Below, in pieces: positions 32,248 through 40,703 of a DNA stretch of 64,000 bases (position 1 is the first letter of the stretch; each line of letters begins with the position of its first letter). Source of the DNA: an uncultured Chloroflexia bacterium (GTDB lineage: Bacteria; Chloroflexota; Anaerolineae; CG2-30-64-16); the NCBI GenBank assembly GCA_963774265.1, contig CAVZDU010000001.1, forward strand, positions 96,001-160,000, read 5' to 3'. The position numbers were made by a program, and so were the translations under genes. The notes beneath the pieces were generated by a model. That model saw nothing but the letters and a program-made list of their open reading frames with translations. It did not search any database and was not told where the DNA came from.

Positions 32248-33918
32248 TCACGCGGCCGGTTTGAGCATCGGAATCTTGACACCCATGCGCCTGCGCGGCC
32301 GCAATCGCTTCCGGATAGCCCGCATCGGCGTGACGGGCAATCCCCATGCCGGGATCGGTTGTCAGCACACGTTGCGAGGCGCCGTGCGGCCTCGGGCGTG
32401 CCATCGGCCACGATCACCTGCCCGGCATGCTGGCTGTAACCGATGCCGACGCCGCCGCCATGGTGGAAGCTTACCCAGGTCGCGCCGCCCACGGCGTTGA
32501 TCAACGCGTTCAGGATCGGCCAGTCCGAGATGGCGTCCGACCCGTCGCGCATCCCCTCGGTTTCCCGGTTTGGACTCGCCACGCTGCCTGCGTCCAGATG
32601 ATCGCGGCCGATCACGATCGGCGCCTGACACCCGTCCATCCGCCACGGCCTGGTTGAACGCCAGCCCGGCACGCGCACGTTCTCCGTACTTCAGCCAACA
32701 AATACGCGCTGGCAGCCCTTGCCAGGCGATGCGCTCCTGCGCCATCGTGATCCAGCCGGCGCAGATGTTCGTTCTCGGGGAACAGGTCCAGGATGATCCG
32801 GTCCGTTTCGTAGATGTCCTGGGGATCGCCGCTCAGCGCGACCCAACGGAACGGCCCGGAACCCTCGCAGAAGAGCGGCCTGATGAACGCGGGAACGAAG
32901 CCCGGATAGTCGAATGCATCCTTCACCCCTGCATCATAGGCGCGCTGGCGCAGGTTGTTGCCGTAGTCGAACACGACGCTGCCTGCCCGCTGGAAGGCCA
33001 ACATGGCCCGGACGTGCGCCGCCATGCTCTCCATTGCGCGTGCCTGGTAGCCCGCCGGGTCCGCCGCCCGTATGCGACGGCGGCTTGCTCCAGCGTCATC
33101 CCCGTGGGGATGTAGCCCAGCAGCGGGTCGTGCGCGCTGGTCTGGTCCGTCACCACATCGGGCGTGACCCCGCGTGCCACCAGCTCGGGCAGGATTTCGG
33201 CCGCGTTGCCCAGCAAGCCCGATCGATTTGGCCTCACCCCGTCGCCACCGCCTCCTCGACCCACGTCATGGCCTCTTCGAGGTTGTCCGTTGCGACGTCC
33301 AGGTAGCGGTGCTGCAGCCGGCGGTCGATGCGCCACTGGTCCACCTCGACCACGAGCGCCACGCCGCCGTTCATCGTCACAGCCAGCGGCTGCGCGCCGC
33401 CCATCTCGCCCAGCCCCGCGGTCAAGCACGAATCTTGCCCTTCAGCGTGCCCCAGCCCTGCTGCCGCGCCAGGCTCCCAAATGTCTCGTACGTGCCTTGC
33501 AAGGATGCCCTGCGTGCCGATGTAGATCCAGCTGCCCGCGGTCATCTGGCCGAACATGATCAGGCCCTCGGCTTCCCAACGGTCGAAGTTCTCCTGCGTG
33601 GCCCAGTGCGGCACGATGTTCGAGTTGGCGATCAGCACGCGAGGCGCATCTTCGTGGGTGCGGAAGACGGCCACCGGCTTGCCCGACTGGACCAGCAGCG
33701 TTTCGTCCGGCTCCAGGTTGCGCAGGCTCTCCAGGATCGCATCGAAGCAGGCCCAGTTGCGCGCCGCCCGGCCCCGTCCGCCATAGACGATCAGGTCATC
33801 CGGGAACGCGGCCACCTCCGGGATCCAGGTTGTTCTGGATCATGCGGTAGGCGGCTTCGATCAGCCAGTTCTTGCAGGTCAGCTTCGTCCCACGCGGGGC
33901 GCGGATGATGCGGCTCAT
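32248..33918 (-). CDS. hutU: Urocanate hydratase (multiple frameshifts)
   Basis: [72 protein letters not shown] spread over several frames. Confidence 0.93.
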
Positions 33919-33955
33919 GGCAATCCTCGATTGGTGCTCGTTCGCGTCACAGGCG

Positions 33956-35388
33956 TTACAGATCAAAGTACAGTCTGCACTTCGTACGGGTGCGGGCGTT
34001 CGAGCACCGCGTAGTGTTCCTTCAACTTGGCCTTGATCCAGTCCAGGATCGTCTCCTCGTCGAACACATCGCCGGCCAGCAGGAAGTCCGTAGTCGGCCT
34101 GCAGCGCCTCGCACGCCTTCGCCGAGCGACGTCGGCAGCGCCTTGATCTCGGCCCGACGCTCAGGCTCCCACTTGAAGATGTTCTCGTCGATCGGTCCGA
34201 AGCCGTGCTCGGTGGGGTCGATCTTCCGCTGCACGCCGTCGATCCCCGCCATCAGCATCGCGGCCATCGCCAGGTATGGGTTGCAGGTGGCGTCGGGCGG
34301 CCGGAACTCCATGCGGACGGCCTCCGGCTGGGTGGCGTACTTCGGCACCCGGATTGCCGCCGAGCGATTGCCGGTCGAGAAGAAGCAGTTGACCGGCGCC
34401 TCGTAGCCCGGCACCAGCCGGCGATACGAGTTGGTGGACGGATTGGTGAGGGCCAGCAGCGCCGGCGCGTGGAGCAGCAGCCCGCCAATGTAGTGGAGCG
34501 CCGTCTCGCTGAGCAGGCTGTAACCCCTGCCGCGTCGTAGAACTGGTTGACCCCACGCTTGAAGACGTGCTGGTGGAAGTGCATGCCGTTGCCCGCTTCA
34601 CCGAACAGCGGCTTGGGCATGAAGGTCACGGCCTGGCCGCGACTGCCGCGCGACCATCTTGCGACACGTACTTGATCGTCTGGACCGCGTCCGCGGCCGC
34701 CAGCAGCCCCATCAGCGGCGTCTCGATCTCGCACTGCCCCGGCCCGCCGACCTCGTGATGATGGTACTTGACCGGCACGCGCATCCCTTCAAGGGTGGTG
34801 ACGATGCGGGTCCGCAGAGGCGCGAGCTGATCGCGCGGCGGGATCGCATGATAGCCGCCATGCAAGCGGCACGTAGTGCCCGGCCGCCTTCAGGGCTGTG
34901 CCAGTCGGCCTCCGCCGAATCCACCCGGTATGAGGCGACATTGACTGCCGTTGTCGTAGGCCACGTTATCGAAGACGTAGAACTCGAACTCGGGTCCCCA
35001 CCGGCTTTCGTCGCGCGATGCCTGTGTCGCGCAGGTAGGCCTCTGCCCGCTGGGCGATCACGCGCGGATCCCGGAAGTAGAGGGCCTTGGTGTCGGCCTC
35101 CACGACGCTGCAGATGAAGCTCAGGGTCGGGACTTCCCAGAAAGGATCGACGACGCCGGTGGACAGGTCGGGGATGAGCACCATGTCGCCCGACTTGACG
35201 CTCCGCAGGCCCACGCTCGAGCCGTCAAAGCCGATGCCCGCGGTCATCAGGTTCGGCGTGAACTCGCTGGCCGAGAGCGTCACATGGTGCCAGCGGCCCC
35301 AAAGGTCGCTGAACTTGAGGTCGATCATGCGGATGCCGCTCTCACGCACGAACGCGGCCGCGACATCGAAGTTCTTGAACTCTGGCAC
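33956..35388 (-). CDS. glnA: Type I glutamine synthetase (multiple frameshifts)
   Basis: [59 protein letters not shown]. Confidence 0.92.
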
Positions 35389-35428
35389 AACAACACACTC
35401 CTTTGTGCAGGCTCTGCGCACGGCTTAC

Positions 35429-35457
35429 ATTATCGGGTAGGTAGCGAGTAAGCGCAA
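35429..35457 (-). promoter_or_regulatory. Probable glnA-hutU promoter
   Basis: TTGCGC-17 bp-GATAAT. Confidence 0.5.
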
Positions 35458-35483
35458 AACAGCGCTTCATAAGCGACAACAGC

Positions 35484-35514
35484 AAGGCCCTCGTCATGGT
35501 CTGACGGGGGCTTT
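35484..35514. terminator. Hairpin/terminator at the left edge of the island
   Basis: AAGGCCCTCGTCA-TGGTC-TGACGGGGGCTTT. Confidence 0.65.
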
Positions 35515-35850
35515 CGTTGCGTCATTCAGGGCGCCAGGATGCCCACAGAGGCCACTGTACGGCGATCAGGGCGTTTGATACAGTGTGCTGATGGAACCTT
35601 CCTATCATGCAGGGCGTGGCGCGCGTGAGGCAGTGTGGAAGGACGGAGGGAACCCGTTTCCGCGCTTCGACTTCTCGGTGGCGCAGATGCACAACGGGAA
35701 GCTGACATGGGAGGGGCAAATGTGCGGGGCGTAGGCGGTGGAGTATGCCTCAGCGAAACTGCAGGTTGATCTGAGTCAGCGGCTGGTGTACTCATACCGA
35801 AGAGCGAGCGAGCCGGAGGACCGGCCCTGATCGCCTTCCCGTTGGGGTGG
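35484..35850 (-). ncRNA. Candidate structured non-coding RNA
   Basis: Upstream TTGACA-17-TACCAT promoter, terminal hairpin, 12-bp and 10-bp long-range complementarities, no convincing ORF. Confidence 0.35.
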
Positions 35851-35855
35851 GCCGC

Positions 35856-35884
35856 ATGGTAGGCGAACCTAGCTCCATTGTCAA
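35856..35884 (-). promoter_or_regulatory. Sigma70-type promoter downstream of the HNH chimera
   Basis: TTGACA-17 bp-TACCAT. Confidence 0.6.
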
Positions 35885-35950
35885 GACGTTCGGAGATCGT
35901 ACCGAGCCAACTTACCGCAAGACAGGAAAGCTAGTAATTCACAGTACACT

Positions 35951-36943
35951 CTAGGCTATGTTTGCACCTTTTGAACGATTGCACTGCGCGCAGAGGAGTT
36001 GGATATTGCGTGCTGTATTGCTTCCGCCCTTGGAGACAGGGATGATATGATCATACTCTAGATTCGCTTGGCTTCCGCATTTTGCACAATGGCCTCTATC
36101 ACGTCGCCAGACGAACATCTTGACATCATCGGATATGGCTTGTCTTTCATATGCTAGGGGGTTCCGCATGTCGCCGAATATCCCTACATCATCGGGTATG
36201 GCTTGTCTTTCATATACTGGGGGGGCACCCATTTCGTCGAATAACCCTACATCATCGGGTATGGCTTGTCTTTCACATACTGGGGCGTTCCACCTTTCGC
36301 CGAACACGGCTAACGCCGCACTCGCGGTTGCTGATGTAATCACTCCATCCGCGTAGACGATGGCGTATTGGTGGACTTTCTTCAGGGCAAGCAGAGCCTC
36401 TCCAGGGCATCCATTGCTTCGTTCGGCCAGCAAATAAGAGGCTTCAACGGTGATCGCAACTCCCAGCCGGCTTGCTGATGAGGTTATTATCGTTTGCATA
36501 TCAGCCGTGCTGTAGGGATCAAGATTGAAGGCATACATCAGGTTGCCAAGTCTGTCAAGGACTTTCGATGGCCCTGAAGTTGTGCCAACTACGGTGAAAT
36601 GAGGAAGCTTCAAGCCAATCCTGCGGGCTGAAGAACCCTTCCCAACAGAAATCTCAATGCGGAATTCCTCCATAGCCCGAACCAGAAGCTCCAATATTGG
36701 TCTCCGCATTGTAACGTAGCCAGCCTGTACCAGGTAGAATCTTGCCCAGTCAACACTATTGCTGAACCGAGATGCACCACTGGAAATGGTGCCTGTGAGT
36801 TCGGCGTCGGAGATGCGGAGGCTCTCAATGATGATATCCTTCACCTCCGAAGGATGACCAGACCCGCCAAGCTTGTTTAGGGCGTCAATGATCGGACCGA
36901 AGAACTTGACGAACTTGGGGCCACCTTTGTTCGCTCTAGCCAC
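35951..36943 (-). CDS. Chimeric Mrr_N winged helix + RuvB C-terminal fragment + 3x21-aa repeat + HNH endonuclease
   Basis: FSNSVDWARFYLVQAGY (Mrr_N); AMEEFRIEISVGKGSSARRIGLKLPHFTVVGTT (RuvB); VWRRDRGHCAKCG...EYDHIIPVSKGGSNTARNIQLLCAQCN (HNH). Confidence 0.8.
   Translation of the reverse strand: MARANKGGPKFVKFFGPIIDALNKLGGSGHPSEVKDIIIESLRISDAELTGTISSGASRFSNSVDWARFYLVQAGYVTMRRPILELLVRAMEEFRIEISVGKGSSARRIGLKLPHFTVVGTTSGPSKVLDRLGNLMYAFNLDPYSTADMQTIITSSASRLGVAITVEASYLLAERSNGCPGEALLALKKVHQYAIVYADGVITSATASAALAVFGERWNAPVCERQAIPDDVGLFDEMGAPPVYERQAIPDDVGIFGDMRNPLAYERQAISDDVKMFVWRRDRGHCAKCGSQANLEYDHIIPVSKGGSNTARNIQLLCAQCNRSKGANIA
36123..36311. repeat. Three tandem 63-bp repeats inside the HNH chimera
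   Basis: ACATCATCGGRTATGGCTTGTCTTTCA begins at 36123, 36186 and 36249 and encodes ERQAI(P/S)DDV. Confidence 0.9.
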
Positions 36944-36982
36944 TTGTCTGCTCCTCTGAGGGGCATGAACTGCTCTGGCAGG

Positions 36983-38198
36983 CTAAGCATTGGTTAGTAA
37001 CTTGAAATCGTGCTCGCTCACGCGATGTGTTGCCTGCACAAACCAAGCCCATGAGTTGTTCAGGTTCTTGCCCTGAAATGCGTCAAGTATGGCCCGAAGA
37101 TCGGCGTTAACGACCACTGGTTCCTGAAGGTATAGCGTCGGGTTGACGACGGAGACCACCCAGGGGAAGTCGTCGGGATGGGCGACTTTCGGATGCCGCT
37201 TCAGCTCAGGTGCGGTCGCTACACAAGCGTGAGCGATGACGCCTTTGGTGGTGGCATAAAAACAGGATCCAGTCGCCGGGTTTAATGTGTTTGCGACCTG
37301 GCGTACGGTGACCGAAGGCATAGATATGTTCTTCGCCCACCAGTTGTTGAACGCACTCCTCAGCAGTTCCCTCCTCGTCTGACTTAACAGGTGTGAGCCA
37401 ATAGACTGGGGCGGAGTTCAGCAACTCAGTGACTTCTTGAGAGACCACGGGCGAAATGACTGGTGCTGAGACCTGAGGAGCAGGAAACAAGATGTTAGCA
37501 ACGGGTGCAATTTGAGATTGCGGCGCAGTAGTCCCTTCTAGCGGCTGTGACGCTAGAAGGCTCGTAATGAGATCGACAACAGGATCAATACGTGGGCCTG
37601 AAGGGCGCAGTAGCGCCAGCACATCTTGATGGCTTACGTGATAGGCGTCCATCATATCGGCAAGCGCCAGAAGAGACTCGATAGAGAGAATGCGAAGCTG
37701 ATCCGTGCGCTTCTCCGCGACGATGGCGTTATCGAGTTGTTGTAAACCAGCATCTGGCCTGCCAACGAGGTACAGCCCCAAGGCAGTATCCCAATTCGGA
37801 ATCTTCTTTTCCGAGATCAGCGCATCCACGTAGCCGATCAGCGTCTTGGTCTTGATTGCGAAGACATCGCTGGTCTTTACCTCTACAACGATATGAAAAC
37901 CGGTGGGCGAACGCCAATATCCGTCAAAACCGATGTGTGCAGTGGTTCCTTGATAACGTCCGAAGGTGACGTCGAAACCCATAAATCTTCCAAGGTGATT
38001 GACGAGGTCCTGAAGAGCTCTGGCATAGACGTCGCCTGACTTAAGCAAGCACTCATCAATATGGTCCCGAATCACCCCTACTTGCTTGGCATTCTCGGCC
38101 AAAAAATCACGGAAACGCTCGCGGGGAGTGTCCGGACCAGGCGCGTCGTCAAGTTTGCCGACAAGTGCGAGAATCTGACTTAGGCCGATGCTTGCCAT
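36983..38198 (-). CDS. PD-(D/E)xK restriction-like nuclease fused to a C-terminal EVE/PUA-like domain (frameshift near 37260)
   Basis: GFDGYW...VVEVKTS nuclease motif; YWLTPVK...IKPGDWI/CFYATTKGVIAHA...VSEHDF EVE-like part completed by ORF 36983..37321. Confidence 0.7.
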
Positions 38199-39103
38199 CT
38201 CATTCGACCTCCAGGGAAAGTTGCGTTAAGCGTGATCATCCCGGAGCCCAGGTCAACGATCCCAGTTATTGTGTAATCGGGTGCCTCTAACTCGCTAGTA
38301 GTGGCCATCAAGTCCAATATCCCAGCTTCTTTGTCGAACTCTCCATAGATAGAGTAATCTGGCGAGATACGGATCATCCGAGACTAGATCAAGCATCGCA
38401 AATCCGCCTTCCAGATCAATCTCTACCACTTAGTGAGTAGTCTGGGGCGTCAACAAAAGCAGACACCAGCTTAAGTTCGACACTGCCTGAGTGTATCGAC
38501 CCACGTGCCAGACCCCGTGTACATCGGTCCTTCCGAATAGGGCGTTGCATGAAGAACGATCTGTTTAGCTGATTGCCCCGGCACAGTCTTCTTCAGCTTC
38601 CTACCGGATGCGTGGGATCCCATCCTCGGCTCAGACGGTACTGAAGTCAGGGGAGACGCCTCGGAAGTCTTTTTCACGCCAGATCCACATTGGCTGCAGA
38701 ATCTGGCTGAGCTTGCTACTTCAGCGCCGCACTGCTTGCAGACCTGCTTTGCTGCCGTCTCTTGTTCGTCTGAGCGTAGCCACTCGATCAGGGTCATCTC
38801 CTGGTTGGCCAATGCGGTGTTTATTTGCAGCAGCGTCATCAAAACGGCACGGCACTGGGTAGCCTTCCATTGGTTTCCAAAGATAGGGCGGAGGTACCTC
38901 CTTTCTGCTTCGCCCACTTCGGCAGATAATCCCGCCATCTTTTCCTTCCTCGACCTGACCAGCGCAAGCAACTGCTCCGCCTCAGTCCTGCTCGTCCACT
39001 CTGGAACACTTAGCGTGACAACGCGGTTTTCGCCCGGTTGCGGAGTCCTAATACCAAGGACCCGTTCGATTCGGGCGAAGTACTCATCCTCCACACTGGA
39101 CAC
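38180..39103 (-). CDS. Helical + zinc-ribbon + acidic beta-repeat protein (about 3 frameshifts at 38380-38500)
   Basis: CKQC...CSQC; repeats GPMYTGSG, APDYSLSG, SPDYSIYG, APDYTITG continue across frames into ORF 38180..38377. Confidence 0.6.
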
Positions 39104-39143
39104 TTGAATTCTCCTTCATCGTAGCTGACAGCGGCTGTGTGCG

Positions 39144-39204
39144 ATGCTTTGTGTTGCCGGAAACAAATGCTACCACAGGCAGCCATGACCGCAAAGGGGA
39201 GACG
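39144..39204 (-). repeat. Promoter-bearing direct repeat, copy 1
   Basis: About 80% identical to 40121..40182; TTGCGG-16-TAGCAT with extended TG. Confidence 0.8.
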
Positions 39205-39341
39205 ATTGTCCGAGGTTCAGCGGGCCGTGACAATAGGAGCGGTCAATCGACTGGCGGAATCGGGCGATATATTGGATCAGGTGGCAAATTCGCTGTGGCG
39301 GGATGGCGCAGCCGGAGACTGGTGCCGACGGAGTGAGGCAG

Positions 39342-39419
39342 ACGGAACGGCAATGGGTTAAGCCGCGCGTGGTCCGAGCGCAGCGAGGCGAAGTCGTCCG
39401 GTGCAACGCGTGGTGAGCC
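39342..39419 (-). mobile_element. Degenerate integron attC site
   Basis: GGCTCAC-CACGCGTTGCACCGGACG...CCTCGCTGCGCTCGG...GCC-GTTCCGT, 12 nt after the NYN stop; its left core matches GTTAGCCCG upstream of the gene. Confidence 0.65.
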
Positions 39420-39431
39420 CGCCCTCACGAT

Positions 39432-39974
39432 TTACACGGCAAGTAGCCTTAAGTATGGATTCAAAGAGATGAACTTGTCACATGAATGCTTCACCTCTTG
39501 AGAGGCATGTTCCCAGAACACAACTTCGACTCGGTATCCATCGTCACGTAATCGCTCAATGGCAGGAACGAAATCGCCATCCCCTGCAACCAGCGTTATT
39601 GTATCTTCGTTCTGATTCACACGCTTGTAAGCATCAGCGACCATAGCCGTCACAATCCCCGTATCTATCTTTTTTTCACGATTAGCCACATTACGATCAA
39701 CTATAATGGGCTCGAACCCTGCACGCTCCGCCATCATCCAGAGAATATCGTTTTTGGGTGGGCGCGACCCAAACAATGCCGCACGCCTAATGTTTTCAGG
39801 CTTCTCTCCAGCAACGAACGCGAGTAATTTGCCAAAAGCGATTCTGTAGCTAACATCTAGGATTCTGTTGTACATTGCATCCCAGATGCTCAATGCGAGT
39901 CCGTTCTCAACGGCGCTAACACGCTGACCTTCGATAAACACATTGGAGTTATCGACATAAACGTATTCAGCCAG
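39432..39974 (-). CDS. NYN-domain (LabA/DUF88) PIN-like ribonuclease, gene cassette
   Basis: Frame extends to a CTG at 39974 after GGAG, giving AEYVYVDNSNVF; EKKIDT and LVAGDGDFVP motifs. Confidence 0.85.
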   Translation of the reverse strand: MAEYVYVDNSNVFIEGQRVSAVENGLALSIWDAMYNRILDVSYRIAFGKLLAFVAGEKPENIRRAALFGSRPPKNDILWMMAERAGFEPIIVDRNVANREKKIDTGIVTAMVADAYKRVNQNEDTITLVAGDGDFVPAIERLRDDGYRVEVVFWEHASQEVKHSCDKFISLNPYLRLLAV

Positions 39975-40003
39975 TAAACTCTCCGATGTCCCAATAGGCG
40001 AAA

Positions 40004-40045
40004 CGGGCTAACAAGTCAGAATCCAGCGAACTGCTGGATATGTTA
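40004..40045 (-). mobile_element. attI-like recombination site or cassette 5' junction
   Basis: ATATCCAGCAGTTCGCTGGATTCTGACTT-GTTAGCCCG: GTTRRRY-like core preceded by a short dyad, with no attC hairpin. Confidence 0.45.
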
Positions 40046-40120
40046 CTCCGGCCACATCATCTGGAGCCGCATCTCGCGGGGTCAACGTGCCAACAGGAAG
40101 CTCTGCGGCCAACTCATACA

Positions 40121-40182
40121 ATACTTTGTGTTGCCTGAAACAAACGCTACCACAAACGGCTATCACTGCAAAACAGGAGACG
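40121..40182 (-). repeat. Promoter-bearing direct repeat, copy 2
   Basis: About 80% identical to 39144..39204; TTGCAG-16-TAGCGT. Confidence 0.8.
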
Positions 40183-40184
40183 GT

Positions 40185-40538
40185 TCACAGCAGGCTGTCC
40201 GCCCGCCCTTGCTTGGGGCGCTGCTCCCTGGCATCCGCTTGAGGCAGTGTGGCGTCACGGCAGGCAGCGTCACGTTTGCGTCGGCGAGGCTCAGCAGCGC
40301 GTCGGCGTACCTCATATCGCAAATGACACCGCTGGCATGGACTCGCAAGGTTGGCGGGATCGGAGTTTTGAGGATCGTGGTCCAGGTGGGCGACGGTCAG
40401 GATAGCCCGGCTTCCGGTTTCGGGGTGGGGCTGGAGGTTCGCGGCCCCGCACCATTCACAACGCCAGCCAGCCTATTTCCGGACAGCGAAGCTGATCTGC
40501 TTCCAGTTGGGCGGTTGGCGGTTGGCGTGAAACGGCAT
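40185..40538 (-). pseudogene. Phage-type HNH endonuclease with in-frame TAG at codon 22
   Basis: Hand translation MPFHANRQPPNWKQISFAVRK*AGWRCEWCGAANLQPHPETGSRAILTVAHLDHDPQNSDPANLASPCQRCHLRYE; absent from the ORF track. Confidence 0.8.
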
Positions 40539-40703
40539 TACTTCATCGACCCGCTTCACCGCGGCAGCAGCCCAACGTGCAACATCCCGCACTCCCGGCA
40601 GGTGTTGTAGCGGTACTCCCAGCGCGTCCCCGTGGATTCCTCACGTTTCTTGACCCTGGCTCGCAGCGGGCGTCTTGCACCTCGTCGGGCAAGCGCGCCG
40701 GTC

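Larger units (their letters stand above)
35520..40700. mobile_element. Horizontally acquired island (defence-like genes, integron-type sites, phage remnants)
   Basis: Visibly lower GC than the flanks, nuclease-rich content, attC/attI-like sites; no integrase or target-site duplication seen; ends approximate. Confidence 0.7.

Noticed and set aside
35591-35830. Plus-strand reading frame MEPSYH...GA*AVEY... with an internal TAG
   Set aside because: No RBS and no recognisable motif; cannot be supported as a gene.
35484-35850. Retron msr-msd, suggested by the inverted repeats
   Set aside because: There is no reverse transcriptase in the window.
36123-36311. 63-bp periodic repeats as a mini CRISPR array
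   Set aside because: The repeats are in-frame coding sequence, the 'spacers' resemble each other, and there are no cas genes.
40473-40475. In-frame TAG as pyrrolysine or an alternative genetic code
   Set aside because: TAG ends normal genes in this window, including one in the island, and the HNH has other eroded motifs.
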